Virus record (IMG/VR): IMGVR_UViG_3300042549_003657
Coordinates: 1-61,807 of that record
DNA: 61,807 nt
Origin: a virus
Taxonomy: Duplodnaviria > Caudoviricetes
Strand: one strand, 5' to 3'
Positions 8,644 to 17,609 of this stretch are shown here, piece after piece (positions within the stretch are counted from its first letter, which is position 1; every line of letters begins with the position of its first letter). The position numbers and the translations under genes are program-made. Under the pieces are notes generated by a model. It was not told the DNA's origin, ran no database searches, and saw only the letters and a list, made by a program, of their open reading frames with translations.

Positions 8644-10800
8644 GTGACCATTCAAAAACTGCTATTCAAGCCGGGCATCAACCGCGACAACACGGCGCTC
8701 ACTGCTAAGGGCGGGTGGTTTGAGTGCGACAAGATCCGCTTCCGATCAGGCGTGCCCGAGAAGATCGGCGGCTGGACACGCGACTTCACCGTTACCGAAG
8801 AGCCCCTCAAACCGACTAACAACGGGTCGTTCTGGGGCGTCGGGCGCTGGATGTTCACATGGCAGACGCTGGCCGGTACCACGCCAATTGTCTATGGTAC
8901 CAACTCCAAGCTGTACCTGCAGACCGGCACGGGTGGGGCAATCACCGACATCACGCCCCTGCGTTACACCACCAAGGCAGGCGACGTCACATTCACGGCT
9001 AACACGATCGGCCTGACGGCCATCGTCACGGTCAACTGCACGAACCACGGCTGTATCGTGGGCGACTTCGTGACCTTCTCAGGCGCTGTTGGGTTGGGGG
9101 GTGCGATCACGGCCACGGTGCTGAACTCCGAGTTCCTCGTAACGACAATCACCACCAACACGTTCACCATCAACGTGGGCGTCAATGCGACGGTGGCCGA
9201 TACGGGCACAGGCGGAGCGGGCGTTATTGGGTACTTTCAGGTACATGCAGGCCCGACCTACACCCTCCCCGTTGCCGGCTGGGGTACGAATGCTTGGGGC
9301 GACGGCGCTTGGGGCAACACTGCGTCCAACTACGCCAGCTCAAACGCGCAACTGTGGAGCGGGTGCAACTATGGCGAAGCACTGATCTCGAACCCCCGGT
9401 ACTCGGGGCTGTATATCTGGTCACCGGATCCGGGTAACCCCGCGCTTATCAACCGCGCCACGCTGCTTACGCAGCAAGCGTTTACCGTTACGAACGCTAA
9501 CCCCGGCGTCATCACGCTGACGACGGCGCTCGAAGAAAACACGACATTCGTTGCAACAACCAACGGGGCGCTGCCGACCAATTTGGTTCCCGGCACTACG
9601 TACTACTTAGTTAACGTGTCTGGGTTGACGGCGAACTTTGCAGCGACATTTGCTGGCGCCCCGATAAACACTACTGCGGGTACCCAAACGGGTACTCACG
9701 CACTGACCGTTGCCGATTGCCCGACCGTGTGTACACACGCCACTGTGTCTGATGGTTCGCGGTTCATTCTGACTTTTGGCGTCAACGACTACAACGCGAG
9801 TGTGCGTGACCCCATGCTGGTGCGGTGGTCAGACCAAGAGAACTACAACATCTGGACTCCGGCCATCACTAATCAGGCTGGCAGCTTCCGACTCAGCCGG
9901 GGTAGCGAGATCCAGACATCGCAACAAACACGTCAAGAAGTCTTGGTGTGGACGGATGCCGCGCTGTACTCCATGCAGTACCTTGGCCCGCCGTATGTCT
10001 GGAAGTTCGACATCCTGGCCGACAACATCTCAATCGCCTCGCCCAACTCGACGGCAGTGGCCAACAACATCACGTACTGGATGGGCGTAGACAAGTTCTA
10101 CATCTACTCGGGCCGGGTGGAGTCCTTGAGCTGCACGCTTCGGCAGTACATCTTTGGCGATCTGAATCTGAGCCAGCGCTACCAGTTCTTTGCCGGTACC
10201 AATGAAGGGTTCCACGAAATCTGGTGGTTCTACTGCTCTGCGAACTCCACCACGATCGACCGCTACGCCATTTACAACTACCTCGAAGGCGTGTGGGCGT
10301 ATGGCAATCTAGCTCGTACTGCTTGGCTTGACTCGCCGTATCTCGCTGCGCCTATTGCGCTGAACTACGATGGCCAGATCCTGTACCACGAGAACGGCAA
10401 CGACGACGGATCGACGAACCCACCCTCCCCACTGGCGGCCTACGTGCAATCCGCCGACTTTGACATCGGTGAGGGCGACCACTACGCATACGTTGATTCA
10501 CTCATTCCGGACGTTTGTTTTGACGGCTCAACCGCCGTGTCTCCGGAGATAACGCTGACTGTTAAACCTCGGCAGAACCCAGGCGCTGCTTACAACGCTG
10601 CGCCGTCAAACCCCGATGTGGCCAGCGTCAACGACTACTCTGTGCAGAACAACTACCTCGTGCAGCGGTTCACTGAGTTCGTTTACGTTCGGGTTCGCGG
10701 TCGGCAGATGGCGTTCAAGGTGGAGTCCACCGCGCTGGGCACAACGTGGCAGATGGGTGCGACGCGCATAAACATCCGTCCTGATGGGCGCAGGAGATAA
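8644..10800 (+). CDS. Tail nozzle / packaged-DNA stabilisation protein (P22 gp10-like)
   Basis: KPGINRD, RFRSGVPEKIGGW, DPMLVRWSDQE, RVRGRQ and RPDGRR motifs; beta-propeller-like composition. Confidence 0.75.
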   Translation: MTIQKLLFKPGINRDNTALTAKGGWFECDKIRFRSGVPEKIGGWTRDFTVTEEPLKPTNNGSFWGVGRWMFTWQTLAGTTPIVYGTNSKLYLQTGTGGAITDITPLRYTTKAGDVTFTANTIGLTAIVTVNCTNHGCIVGDFVTFSGAVGLGGAITATVLNSEFLVTTITTNTFTINVGVNATVADTGTGGAGVIGYFQVHAGPTYTLPVAGWGTNAWGDGAWGNTASNYASSNAQLWSGCNYGEALISNPRYSGLYIWSPDPGNPALINRATLLTQQAFTVTNANPGVITLTTALEENTTFVATTNGALPTNLVPGTTYYLVNVSGLTANFAATFAGAPINTTAGTQTGTHALTVADCPTVCTHATVSDGSRFILTFGVNDYNASVRDPMLVRWSDQENYNIWTPAITNQAGSFRLSRGSEIQTSQQTRQEVLVWTDAALYSMQYLGPPYVWKFDILADNISIASPNSTAVANNITYWMGVDKFYIYSGRVESLSCTLRQYIFGDLNLSQRYQFFAGTNEGFHEIWWFYCSANSTTIDRYAIYNYLEGVWAYGNLARTAWLDSPYLAAPIALNYDGQILYHENGNDDGSTNPPSPLAAYVQSADFDIGEGDHYAYVDSLIPDVCFDGSTAVSPEITLTVKPRQNPGAAYNAAPSNPDVASVNDYSVQNNYLVQRFTEFVYVRVRGRQMAFKVESTALGTTWQMGATRINIRPDGRRR

Positions 10801-10802
10801 CT

Positions 10803-12176
10803 ATGACGTCTCTAATCGTCACGTCGGAGTACCCCATCAACCAAGTGGTGGCGCCTCGGCTGCCCTCCGCCCCAGGCGAGTACGACTCGCGCTATCAAGA
10901 GCAGTTCGCCAATGTTTTGCGGCTGTACTTCAGGCAACTCGACAACATCTTAGGACAACTCGTGGCTGCTAACACGTCTATACCCATCACTTTCAAAAGC
11001 ACGAGTCTTGATGCTTTCGGGCGGCTCCAAGTCAGCCAGCCATACACGCTCTTTGATAGTCAGAATCGGTACGCAATCGACAATCAGTTCGACACCACAC
11101 TGACCACGGGTGGCACGACGACATACCTACCAAACGAGTCGTCAGTTCAGCTAAATGTAATCACGTCGTCTGGATCCTCGGTTGTGCGGCAGACCTTCCG
11201 CAGCTTCCCGTATCAGCCTGGAAAAGGGTTGATGTTGATGGCCACCTTCGCCATGAATGCGGCCAAGACGGGGTTGCGGCAGCGCGTGGGTTACTTCAAC
11301 ACGCAGAACGGCGTGTTCTTCCAGCAGGCGGATTCCACCAAGTCGTTCGTACTGCGTTCCTACATTAGCGGCGCCACTTCCGATGCGCGCACGGTTACTC
11401 AGGCGAACTGGAACGGCGACAAGCTAGACGGCACGGGTGACAGTGGGCTCGTGCTCGATGCGTCCAAGGCCCAGATTCTGTGGATGGATTTTGAGTGGCT
11501 TGGCGTTGGCTCTGTGCGCTGCGGCTTCATCATCGACGGCCAGTTCATCCTGTGCCATACGTTCCATAACGCCAACAGCATCGCTACGGTCTATATGACC
11601 ACGGCCATCCTTCCCGTCCGGTACGAGATCACCAACACCGCCGCTACTACGACCGCATCCAGCATGCGCCAGATTTGCTCAACCGTGATTTCTGACGGGG
11701 GCTATGAGCAGACATCTATCGAGCATATGGCTCGAAGAACTAGCATCCCTGGCGGCAACTTCATCACAACCGCGTTCTACCCGTTGGCGTCTATCCGAAT
11801 TGCCTCGACCGCTTTGGGCGCTGTCGTTATCCCCATCAGCTATGATTTCTTGCCGACAACTACGGATAGCTACGAAGTCGCGTTGCTCAAGAACACCACG
11901 CTTACGGGCGCAGCTTGGGTAGCGTCAGACACTGACGCAAACGTCGAGGTGGACTACACCGCCACGGCAACAACTGGCGGCACGATAGTTTCTAGTGGAT
12001 ACACCTCGGGCAAGTCCGGGAGAATCCCGCTAAACAGCACGAGCCCGTACAACTGGGATTTGCAACTCGGCGTTTCCTTAGCGGGTGTAAGCGACACTTA
12101 CACCTTATGCGCACGGACACTTGCCAGTACTGGTGGCGGATGGGGCGCAATGTCGTTCTACGACCTCACACAGTAA
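10803..12176 (+). CDS. Tail-associated protein: N-terminal anchor fused to a beta-sandwich (lectin-like) domain
   Basis: RLPSAPGEYD...VLRLYFRQLDN anchor followed by DAFGRLQVS..YQPGKG..FEWLGVGSVRCGF domain. Confidence 0.65.
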   Translation: MTSLIVTSEYPINQVVAPRLPSAPGEYDSRYQEQFANVLRLYFRQLDNILGQLVAANTSIPITFKSTSLDAFGRLQVSQPYTLFDSQNRYAIDNQFDTTLTTGGTTTYLPNESSVQLNVITSSGSSVVRQTFRSFPYQPGKGLMLMATFAMNAAKTGLRQRVGYFNTQNGVFFQQADSTKSFVLRSYISGATSDARTVTQANWNGDKLDGTGDSGLVLDASKAQILWMDFEWLGVGSVRCGFIIDGQFILCHTFHNANSIATVYMTTAILPVRYEITNTAATTTASSMRQICSTVISDGGYEQTSIEHMARRTSIPGGNFITTAFYPLASIRIASTALGAVVIPISYDFLPTTTDSYEVALLKNTTLTGAAWVASDTDANVEVDYTATATTGGTIVSSGYTSGKSGRIPLNSTSPYNWDLQLGVSLAGVSDTYTLCARTLASTGGGWGAMSFYDLTQ

Positions 12177-12178
12177 CT

Positions 12179-12206
12179 TTGCCCTTGACACCCGACATGC
12201 TAAACT
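12179..12206 (+). promoter_or_regulatory. Putative sigma70 promoter for the ejection-protein genes
   Basis: TTGCCC...TGcTAAACT (extended -10), with a TTGACA also at 12185-12190, in the intergenic gap. Confidence 0.45.
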
Positions 12207-12234
12207 TTAACAACCCCTTTTCTGCGAGGCACCA

Positions 12235-14340
12235 ATGAGCCTTCAAGCTGCTGCACAACATCTTGCGTCTAGAGGGAGGGGTGAAGACTCGTTGCTCGTC
12301 CACATGACCCCCGGCGAAGTCAGCGGGTTGCAATCTCTTGCAATGGCTCATGGCGGCTCTCTCACACGCAATCCTGACACAGGATTGCCTGAAGCCGGGT
12401 TCCTGAAGAACATCCTCCCCACGCTGATTGGGATTGGCGCGAACTTTATCGTTCCAGGTATTACGGCAGCAGGCGCGGCGGCTCTCGGCGCAGGTGTCGG
12501 TGCCCTATCCAATAAAGAGAACCCCCTGATGGGCGCTATCGCTGGCGGCCTGGGTGCATATGGTGGTGCCAATATTGGTGCTGGCTTGCAAGCGGCGGGC
12601 ACGGCTGCGGTTACCCCGCCCGTAGTACCCTTCCAGGAGACATTGAGTTCTGAATGGACGCAGGCTGCTGCCGATGCTGCTGCGGCTGCGCCGCCAGTTA
12701 CACCTTCGTTACCAACCGCAGAGCTAGGGCAAGGTCAAGAGTTTTGGCCGCAAACAGCCACCTCGCCCGTTGCGAAGCCGACGTTCTTGCAGAGCGTTGA
12801 TGCTGCCGCGCAAAACCCAGCGGAGTTCATGAAGAGCGTGGGTAATACGTCCGGCCTTATCAGAAGTGCGTCTATGGCTGCGGCTCCGGTCGTCATGGCT
12901 CCGCCCGAGCCGTTCAGTAACCCTGAAGACGAGTACGGCGACGCGCCGCGCTACCGCTATGACGCGGGCTATACCGGCGGAGAGTACTTGCCCGGTTCTG
13001 CTTACACGGGCGAGAAGCGCTATTTCCGGCCCACCTACACGCGATTGGCTGAAGGCGGGCTCGTAAGTTTGGCCGGCGGCGGGCGCGTTGTCATGGAGCA
13101 AATAGCAGCAAAAGAGGCAGCAAACAAGGCTGCGTACAATGCGGCCTTCGCGCAAGCAGGACAGCCTGTTCCCACGGGACGCCAAGTACAAGCTCCAGTA
13201 CAAGCTCCAGTACAAGCTCCAGTACAAGCTCCTGTGCGTATACCTACGCCTGTGCAAGCTCCAGTACAAGCTCCAGTACAAGCTCCAGTACAAGCTCCAG
13301 TACAAGCTCCAGTACAAGCTCCAGTACAAGCTCCAGTACAAGCTCCAGTACAATCTCCAGTACAAGCTCCAGTACAAGCTCCAGTACAAGCACCAGTACG
13401 TACACCTACGCCCGTACAAGCTCCAGTACAAGCTCCTGTGCAAGCAAACGCACCCGCATACTACCCCGGCGCAATGGGGCGTTACGCACGCGGCCCTGCG
13501 CAAGGAATGAGCGGCCCTAGTGCCGACGCCATGATGTATTTGTACGGGCAGTTACCGTCTTCTAGTTCACGCACGAACGCAGGTTACGCACAGCGGTACG
13601 GAGTGCCTGAAAGTAGTGATCGTGTTACTGCGATGCCAGTCAATCCTGCCGGGCCCGGTACGACCGCCCCCTCTCGCAAGCCGTTGACGCTGGACGAGAT
13701 GGTGCAGGCCAACGCTCCAAAAGCTGCGGAGACCGCAAAGGCGGCATCGTCAAGCTGGCTTGATGAGCAGGCGCAACGGTTTACGATATCGCCCGCTGCC
13801 CGTGCGTACTTGATGTCAAAGCCCGACGTACTTGCTGCCGCAGAAGAAAGCGGCATGGATCCGGAGATGTTTGCGTGGAGTCACTACGTCAATTACGGTC
13901 GAAGTGAAAAGAGTCCCGAAGGTCTGGCGTTTGAGCAGGCAAAGGAAGAAGCCCGGATCCGCCAAGAGCGTGAGCGTGACTACGGCGGTGGCAACAAGGC
14001 TGGCGGCATGCTGCGCACAGGTGGGTTCGTTATTCCTGCGGACGTTGTCTCTGCACTTGGTAACGGCAGCACAGATGCAGGGCTGGAAGCCCTCATGCGC
14101 AAGTACAACGCGCAGCCTATCGACGGCCCTGGTGACGGCATGAGCGACTCGATCCCAACCACGATCGAGGGTAAGCAGAAGGCGCGTGTCGCACGCGGCG
14201 AAGCGTACCTCTCTCCAGAGCAAGTTAAACAGGCTGGCGGAACGAAGAAGTTGTACGCCATGCTTGACCGCATTCGCCAGAACGCGCACGGCAAGACTTC
14301 TCAACAGCGCCAGATCAATCCCAATAAGGCGATGGGATGA
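12235..14340 (+). CDS. Internal virion / DNA ejection protein with a PVQA repeat tract
   Basis: GRGEDSLLVHMTPGEV, NPDTGLPEAG, hydrophobic Gly/Ala segment, DGPGDGMSDSIP..ARVARGE motifs. Confidence 0.7.
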   Translation: MSLQAAAQHLASRGRGEDSLLVHMTPGEVSGLQSLAMAHGGSLTRNPDTGLPEAGFLKNILPTLIGIGANFIVPGITAAGAAALGAGVGALSNKENPLMGAIAGGLGAYGGANIGAGLQAAGTAAVTPPVVPFQETLSSEWTQAAADAAAAAPPVTPSLPTAELGQGQEFWPQTATSPVAKPTFLQSVDAAAQNPAEFMKSVGNTSGLIRSASMAAAPVVMAPPEPFSNPEDEYGDAPRYRYDAGYTGGEYLPGSAYTGEKRYFRPTYTRLAEGGLVSLAGGGRVVMEQIAAKEAANKAAYNAAFAQAGQPVPTGRQVQAPVQAPVQAPVQAPVRIPTPVQAPVQAPVQAPVQAPVQAPVQAPVQAPVQAPVQSPVQAPVQAPVQAPVRTPTPVQAPVQAPVQANAPAYYPGAMGRYARGPAQGMSGPSADAMMYLYGQLPSSSSRTNAGYAQRYGVPESSDRVTAMPVNPAGPGTTAPSRKPLTLDEMVQANAPKAAETAKAASSSWLDEQAQRFTISPAARAYLMSKPDVLAAAEESGMDPEMFAWSHYVNYGRSEKSPEGLAFEQAKEEARIRQERERDYGGGNKAGGMLRTGGFVIPADVVSALGNGSTDAGLEALMRKYNAQPIDGPGDGMSDSIPTTIEGKQKARVARGEAYLSPEQVKQAGGTKKLYAMLDRIRQNAHGKTSQQRQINPNKAMG
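13186..13446 (+). repeat. 12-bp tandem repeat (gtacaagctcca), about 19 units, encoding (VQAP)n
   Basis: Read directly; interrupted twice by VR(I/T)PTP. Confidence 0.97.
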
Positions 14341-14999
14341 ACGACTACGAGATCGAAACAGCGGAGTATTTGGAGCACGGGCTAAACCTGTTCCAGTGCA
14401 CCCTGTTTGGGTCTTCAGAAGACGCGCACGTTCACTTCTACAACGAACACTTTAAGCCCCGTGGGTTCGTGATCGACATGGGCGCTGGTATTGGCACTAT
14501 GTGCGCGGGGCTTAAAGCAGTGTCGCCAGAGATCACCCGCACGCTGAACATTACTAGCAGCCCAACGCAAGCAGGAATCATGCGCTACTTAGGGCGCGAC
14601 TGCATCTTGTCGGACTATCACCATGTCGAGGACATTCCTGACGCAGTGGCTGACTACGTAATGTTCAACGAGTCGTTGGGCTATGGTGACCTCACGGCGT
14701 TGATGATCGAATCTGCACGGCTGCTTCGTTCTGGCGGTCGGCTGGTAATAAAAGATTTTGCGTCTAGAAAGCAGTTGCTCAAAGACGTGTACGTTCCAGA
14801 GTGGGAGTACCGTGCGCACCCCATGCACAGTGTGCTGTTCTCGGCAGCCAATGCCGGCCTACGCTGCGAAGCTCTGGTGCACCCCGAAGTATTTACGCAG
14901 CACTGGAGCGAGTTCATGCAAAAATCGCGTATGGGTTCTTGGCACGGTCACGAAACGCCGGACACGAGAACGATCGTTTTTGTGTTCACTAAAGGATAG
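14337..14999 (+). CDS. Class I SAM-dependent methyltransferase (small-molecule type)
   Basis: ATGA overlap; motif I VIDMGAGIG; ADYVMFNESLGY and RLLRSGGRLVIKDF; no DNA MTase DPPY/PC motif. Confidence 0.85.
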   Translation: MNDYEIETAEYLEHGLNLFQCTLFGSSEDAHVHFYNEHFKPRGFVIDMGAGIGTMCAGLKAVSPEITRTLNITSSPTQAGIMRYLGRDCILSDYHHVEDIPDAVADYVMFNESLGYGDLTALMIESARLLRSGGRLVIKDFASRKQLLKDVYVPEWEYRAHPMHSVLFSAANAGLRCEALVHPEVFTQHWSEFMQKSRMGSWHGHETPDTRTIVFVFTKG

Positions 15000-15002
15000 C
15001 CC

Positions 15003-15458
15003 GTGTACAGCAACGAAGGCAAACTGGAGTGGTTCGGCGGGAACCAAGACGCACTGGCCATGTACCGCATGTTTGTCGATCTGGCGCACACATGGGACGA
15101 CCTAGTAGACAAGGACAAAGATGTGGCCGCAGACGCTATCAACAATGCGTTTCTCATTTGTCTTGTCTATTTACCGCTGAACCCGTTCTATCAAAAAATC
15201 CAGTCGCAGATAATGCCAATGTGGTTGATGGTAGTTTCTGCGTATCAAACGGCTAATAAGTTCGAGCAAGACAAAGACCCGCACGGAATCGAGATTTCGC
15301 ACAATTTGCGTTACGCTGCTGGCCATATTGTTGCGTATGCCGTGCACGTGTGTCTTGGGCCGCAAGAAGCACAGAAATTTTTACCAGACGTATGGAAAAG
15401 CGTAGTGCATGAACGCTTTGACGACTATCGCAAGGAGCATTTAGATGAGCGTAATTAA
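15003..15458 (+). CDS. All-helical protein with a DDxxD motif (isoprenoid-synthase/prenyltransferase-like)
   Basis: LAHTWDDLVDKD aspartate-rich motif, LPLNPFY, predicted helical throughout. Confidence 0.6.
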   Translation: MYSNEGKLEWFGGNQDALAMYRMFVDLAHTWDDLVDKDKDVAADAINNAFLICLVYLPLNPFYQKIQSQIMPMWLMVVSAYQTANKFEQDKDPHGIEISHNLRYAAGHIVAYAVHVCLGPQEAQKFLPDVWKSVVHERFDDYRKEHLDERN

Positions 15459-17607
15459 GTTTCTTTTAGGCTGCCTTAAAGAGTCTGGCGTATTTGGCGT
15501 TTTCTTGGGCGATGGCGGTGGCAGTAGTAGCAGCGGGTCAACAGCGACGTCTTATCAGACCAATATTCCTGAGTACGCAAAAAAACCGTACATGGAGTTG
15601 GTGGGGCAAGCGCAAGCTGTCGCTAATGCACCCTATCAAGAGTACACAGGAGAGCGGGCTGCACAGTTCACCCCTATGCAGCAGCAGGCATTCCAGTCCG
15701 CGCAGAACCAGCAAGTCGCACCCCAGCTTACGGATGCTTCAAATATTGCATACGGCGCTGCTTCGCGTGCGATGGGGCAACAGTACCAACCGAACCAGTT
15801 CTTTGCACAGCAGATTCGTCCTGGGCAGATTGGCGCACAGCAGGTCGGCGCAGGTCAGTTCGGTTTTGAGCGTGTAGGCGCTGGGCCGCAGGTGTACGCA
15901 CCGCAAGTAGGCGCAAGTGGGTTCGGGTTTGAGCGCGTAGGCGGTGGCCCACAAGTCCAGGCGGATCGCATTGCAGCAGGCCAGATGGGTTTTGAGCGCG
16001 TAGGCGGTGGCCCACAAGTTAGCGCCCAACAAATTAGTGCAGGAAATCTAGGTTTTGAGCGCGTAGGCGGTGGCCCACAAGTCCAGGCGGATCGCATTTC
16101 TGGGGGCCAAATCGGTTTTGAGCGGGTTGGAGCTGGGCAGGTCGGTACGCAAGGGTTCACTGCCCCAGGCGCTGCTGAAGCGTACATGTCTCCGTACATG
16201 CAGAACGTGGTCAATACCCAGCAACGCGAAGCACAGCGTCAGGCAGATATTGCGCGTACGCAGCGTGGTGCCCAGGCTGTAGGCGCTGGTGCTTTTGGCG
16301 GGTCTCGCCAAGCCATCATGGAGGCCGAAGCCGCACGTAATCTGGCGATGCAGAAGGGTGATATCCAGTCCCAAGGTCTTCAGTCGGCGTATCAGCAAGC
16401 GCAGAGCATGTTCACGTCCGATCAGGCGCGAGCGCTGCAAGCACAGCAAGCCAACCAGCAAGCGATGATGCAGGCTCAGCAAGCCAACCAGCAGGCTGGA
16501 CTCACTACGGGTCAAGTTGGATTGCAGTCCTATATGCAAGCGCAACAAGCCAACCAGCAATACGGCATGCAGGCGCAGCTTGCTAACCAGCAAGAAGCCC
16601 AACGCGCAGCACTAGCCAATCAGCAGGCTGGACTCACTGCGGGTCAAGCGGGGTTGGGCGCATTTATGCAAGCGCAACAAGCCAACCAGCAGACGGATAT
16701 TCAAGCGCAGCTTGCTAACCAGCAAGAAGCACAGCGTGCGGCTCTGGCCAACCAGCAGGCTGGACTTACTACGGGGCAAACAAACCTGCAGACCATGATG
16801 CAGGCGCAGCAGGCCAATCAGCAGTACGGCATGCAAGCTCAGCTCGCTAACCAACAAGAAGCGCAACGCGCAGCGCTGGCTAATCAGCAAGCAGGTTTGA
16901 CGACCGGACAGGCGGGGTTGCAGTCGTATATGCAGGCGGGGTTGGCCAATCAGCAAGCAAGCATGCAAGCGCAACAGGCTAACCAACAAGAAGCGCAGCG
17001 CGCTGCGCTGGCCAATCAGCAGGCGGGTCTTACCACAGGTCAAGCCGGGCTTGGCGCATACATGCAGGCGCAACAGCTTAACCAGCAGGCCGGATTGACG
17101 GCGGGGCAGGCAAACCTGCAAGCCATGATGCAGGCCCAGCAGCAGAACCAGCAAGCCGGTCTTGAAGCACAGCGGTTGTCTGAGCAGTCTCGGCAGTACG
17201 GCGCAGGGTTCGGGCAGCAAGGGTTACAGACGGCGCTGCAAGGCGCGGGGCAACTTGGGCAGCTCGGCCAGCAACAGTTTGGTCAAGAGCAGGCCATCAC
17301 GGGCCAGCAAGCCGGATTCGGCGGGTTCCAACAGCAGCAGATCCAGGACATCCTCAACCGGCAATACGCTGACTTCTCTGCGGCTCGGAACTACCCAACG
17401 CAGCAGCTCGGGTTCTTGTCCGACATTTTGCGCGGTACGCAAGGCACCACCCGCTCAATTTACGAAGCACCGCCAACCACCGCGCAGAATCTTATCGGGC
17501 TTGGTTCGGCAGCTTACGGTGTCAGCAAGATGGCAGGCATGGCCAAAGGCGGTAGAGTTAAGGCGGCTGGCCTTAATGAGTTGGCATTGTCTCGGATGAA
17601 GGGTTGA
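15445..17607 (+). CDS. Gln-rich DNA ejection/pilot protein
   Basis: Leader followed by GGGSSSSG, IPEYAK, YMSPYMQNVV, GAFGGSRQA; long Q/A/N coiled-coil repeats; C-terminal MAKGG. Confidence 0.75.
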   Translation: MSVIKFLLGCLKESGVFGVFLGDGGGSSSSGSTATSYQTNIPEYAKKPYMELVGQAQAVANAPYQEYTGERAAQFTPMQQQAFQSAQNQQVAPQLTDASNIAYGAASRAMGQQYQPNQFFAQQIRPGQIGAQQVGAGQFGFERVGAGPQVYAPQVGASGFGFERVGGGPQVQADRIAAGQMGFERVGGGPQVSAQQISAGNLGFERVGGGPQVQADRISGGQIGFERVGAGQVGTQGFTAPGAAEAYMSPYMQNVVNTQQREAQRQADIARTQRGAQAVGAGAFGGSRQAIMEAEAARNLAMQKGDIQSQGLQSAYQQAQSMFTSDQARALQAQQANQQAMMQAQQANQQAGLTTGQVGLQSYMQAQQANQQYGMQAQLANQQEAQRAALANQQAGLTAGQAGLGAFMQAQQANQQTDIQAQLANQQEAQRAALANQQAGLTTGQTNLQTMMQAQQANQQYGMQAQLANQQEAQRAALANQQAGLTTGQAGLQSYMQAGLANQQASMQAQQANQQEAQRAALANQQAGLTTGQAGLGAYMQAQQLNQQAGLTAGQANLQAMMQAQQQNQQAGLEAQRLSEQSRQYGAGFGQQGLQTALQGAGQLGQLGQQQFGQEQAITGQQAGFGGFQQQQIQDILNRQYADFSAARNYPTQQLGFLSDILRGTQGTTRSIYEAPPTTAQNLIGLGSAAYGVSKMAGMAKGGRVKAAGLNELALSRMKG
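15862..16135 (+). repeat. 63-bp (21-aa) tandem repeat GFERVG..PQV, 5 units
   Basis: GFERVG codons begin at 15862, 15925, 15988, 16051 and 16114. Confidence 0.93.
16483..17110 (+). repeat. 132-bp (44-aa) tandem repeat ANQQAGLT...EAQRAAL, 4 full units plus a partial one
   Basis: ANQQAGLT begins at 16483, 16615, 16747, 16879 and 17011. Confidence 0.92.
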
Positions 17608-17609
17608 AA

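Noticed and set aside
12724-13510. Alternative-frame ORFs with (LYWS)n and (LQYK)n repeats
   Set aside because: By-products of the stop-free 12-bp tandem repeat.
14337-14999. DNA methyltransferase / anti-restriction gene
   Set aside because: Lacks DPPY/NPPY or PC catalytic motifs; the motif layout fits small-molecule class I methyltransferases.
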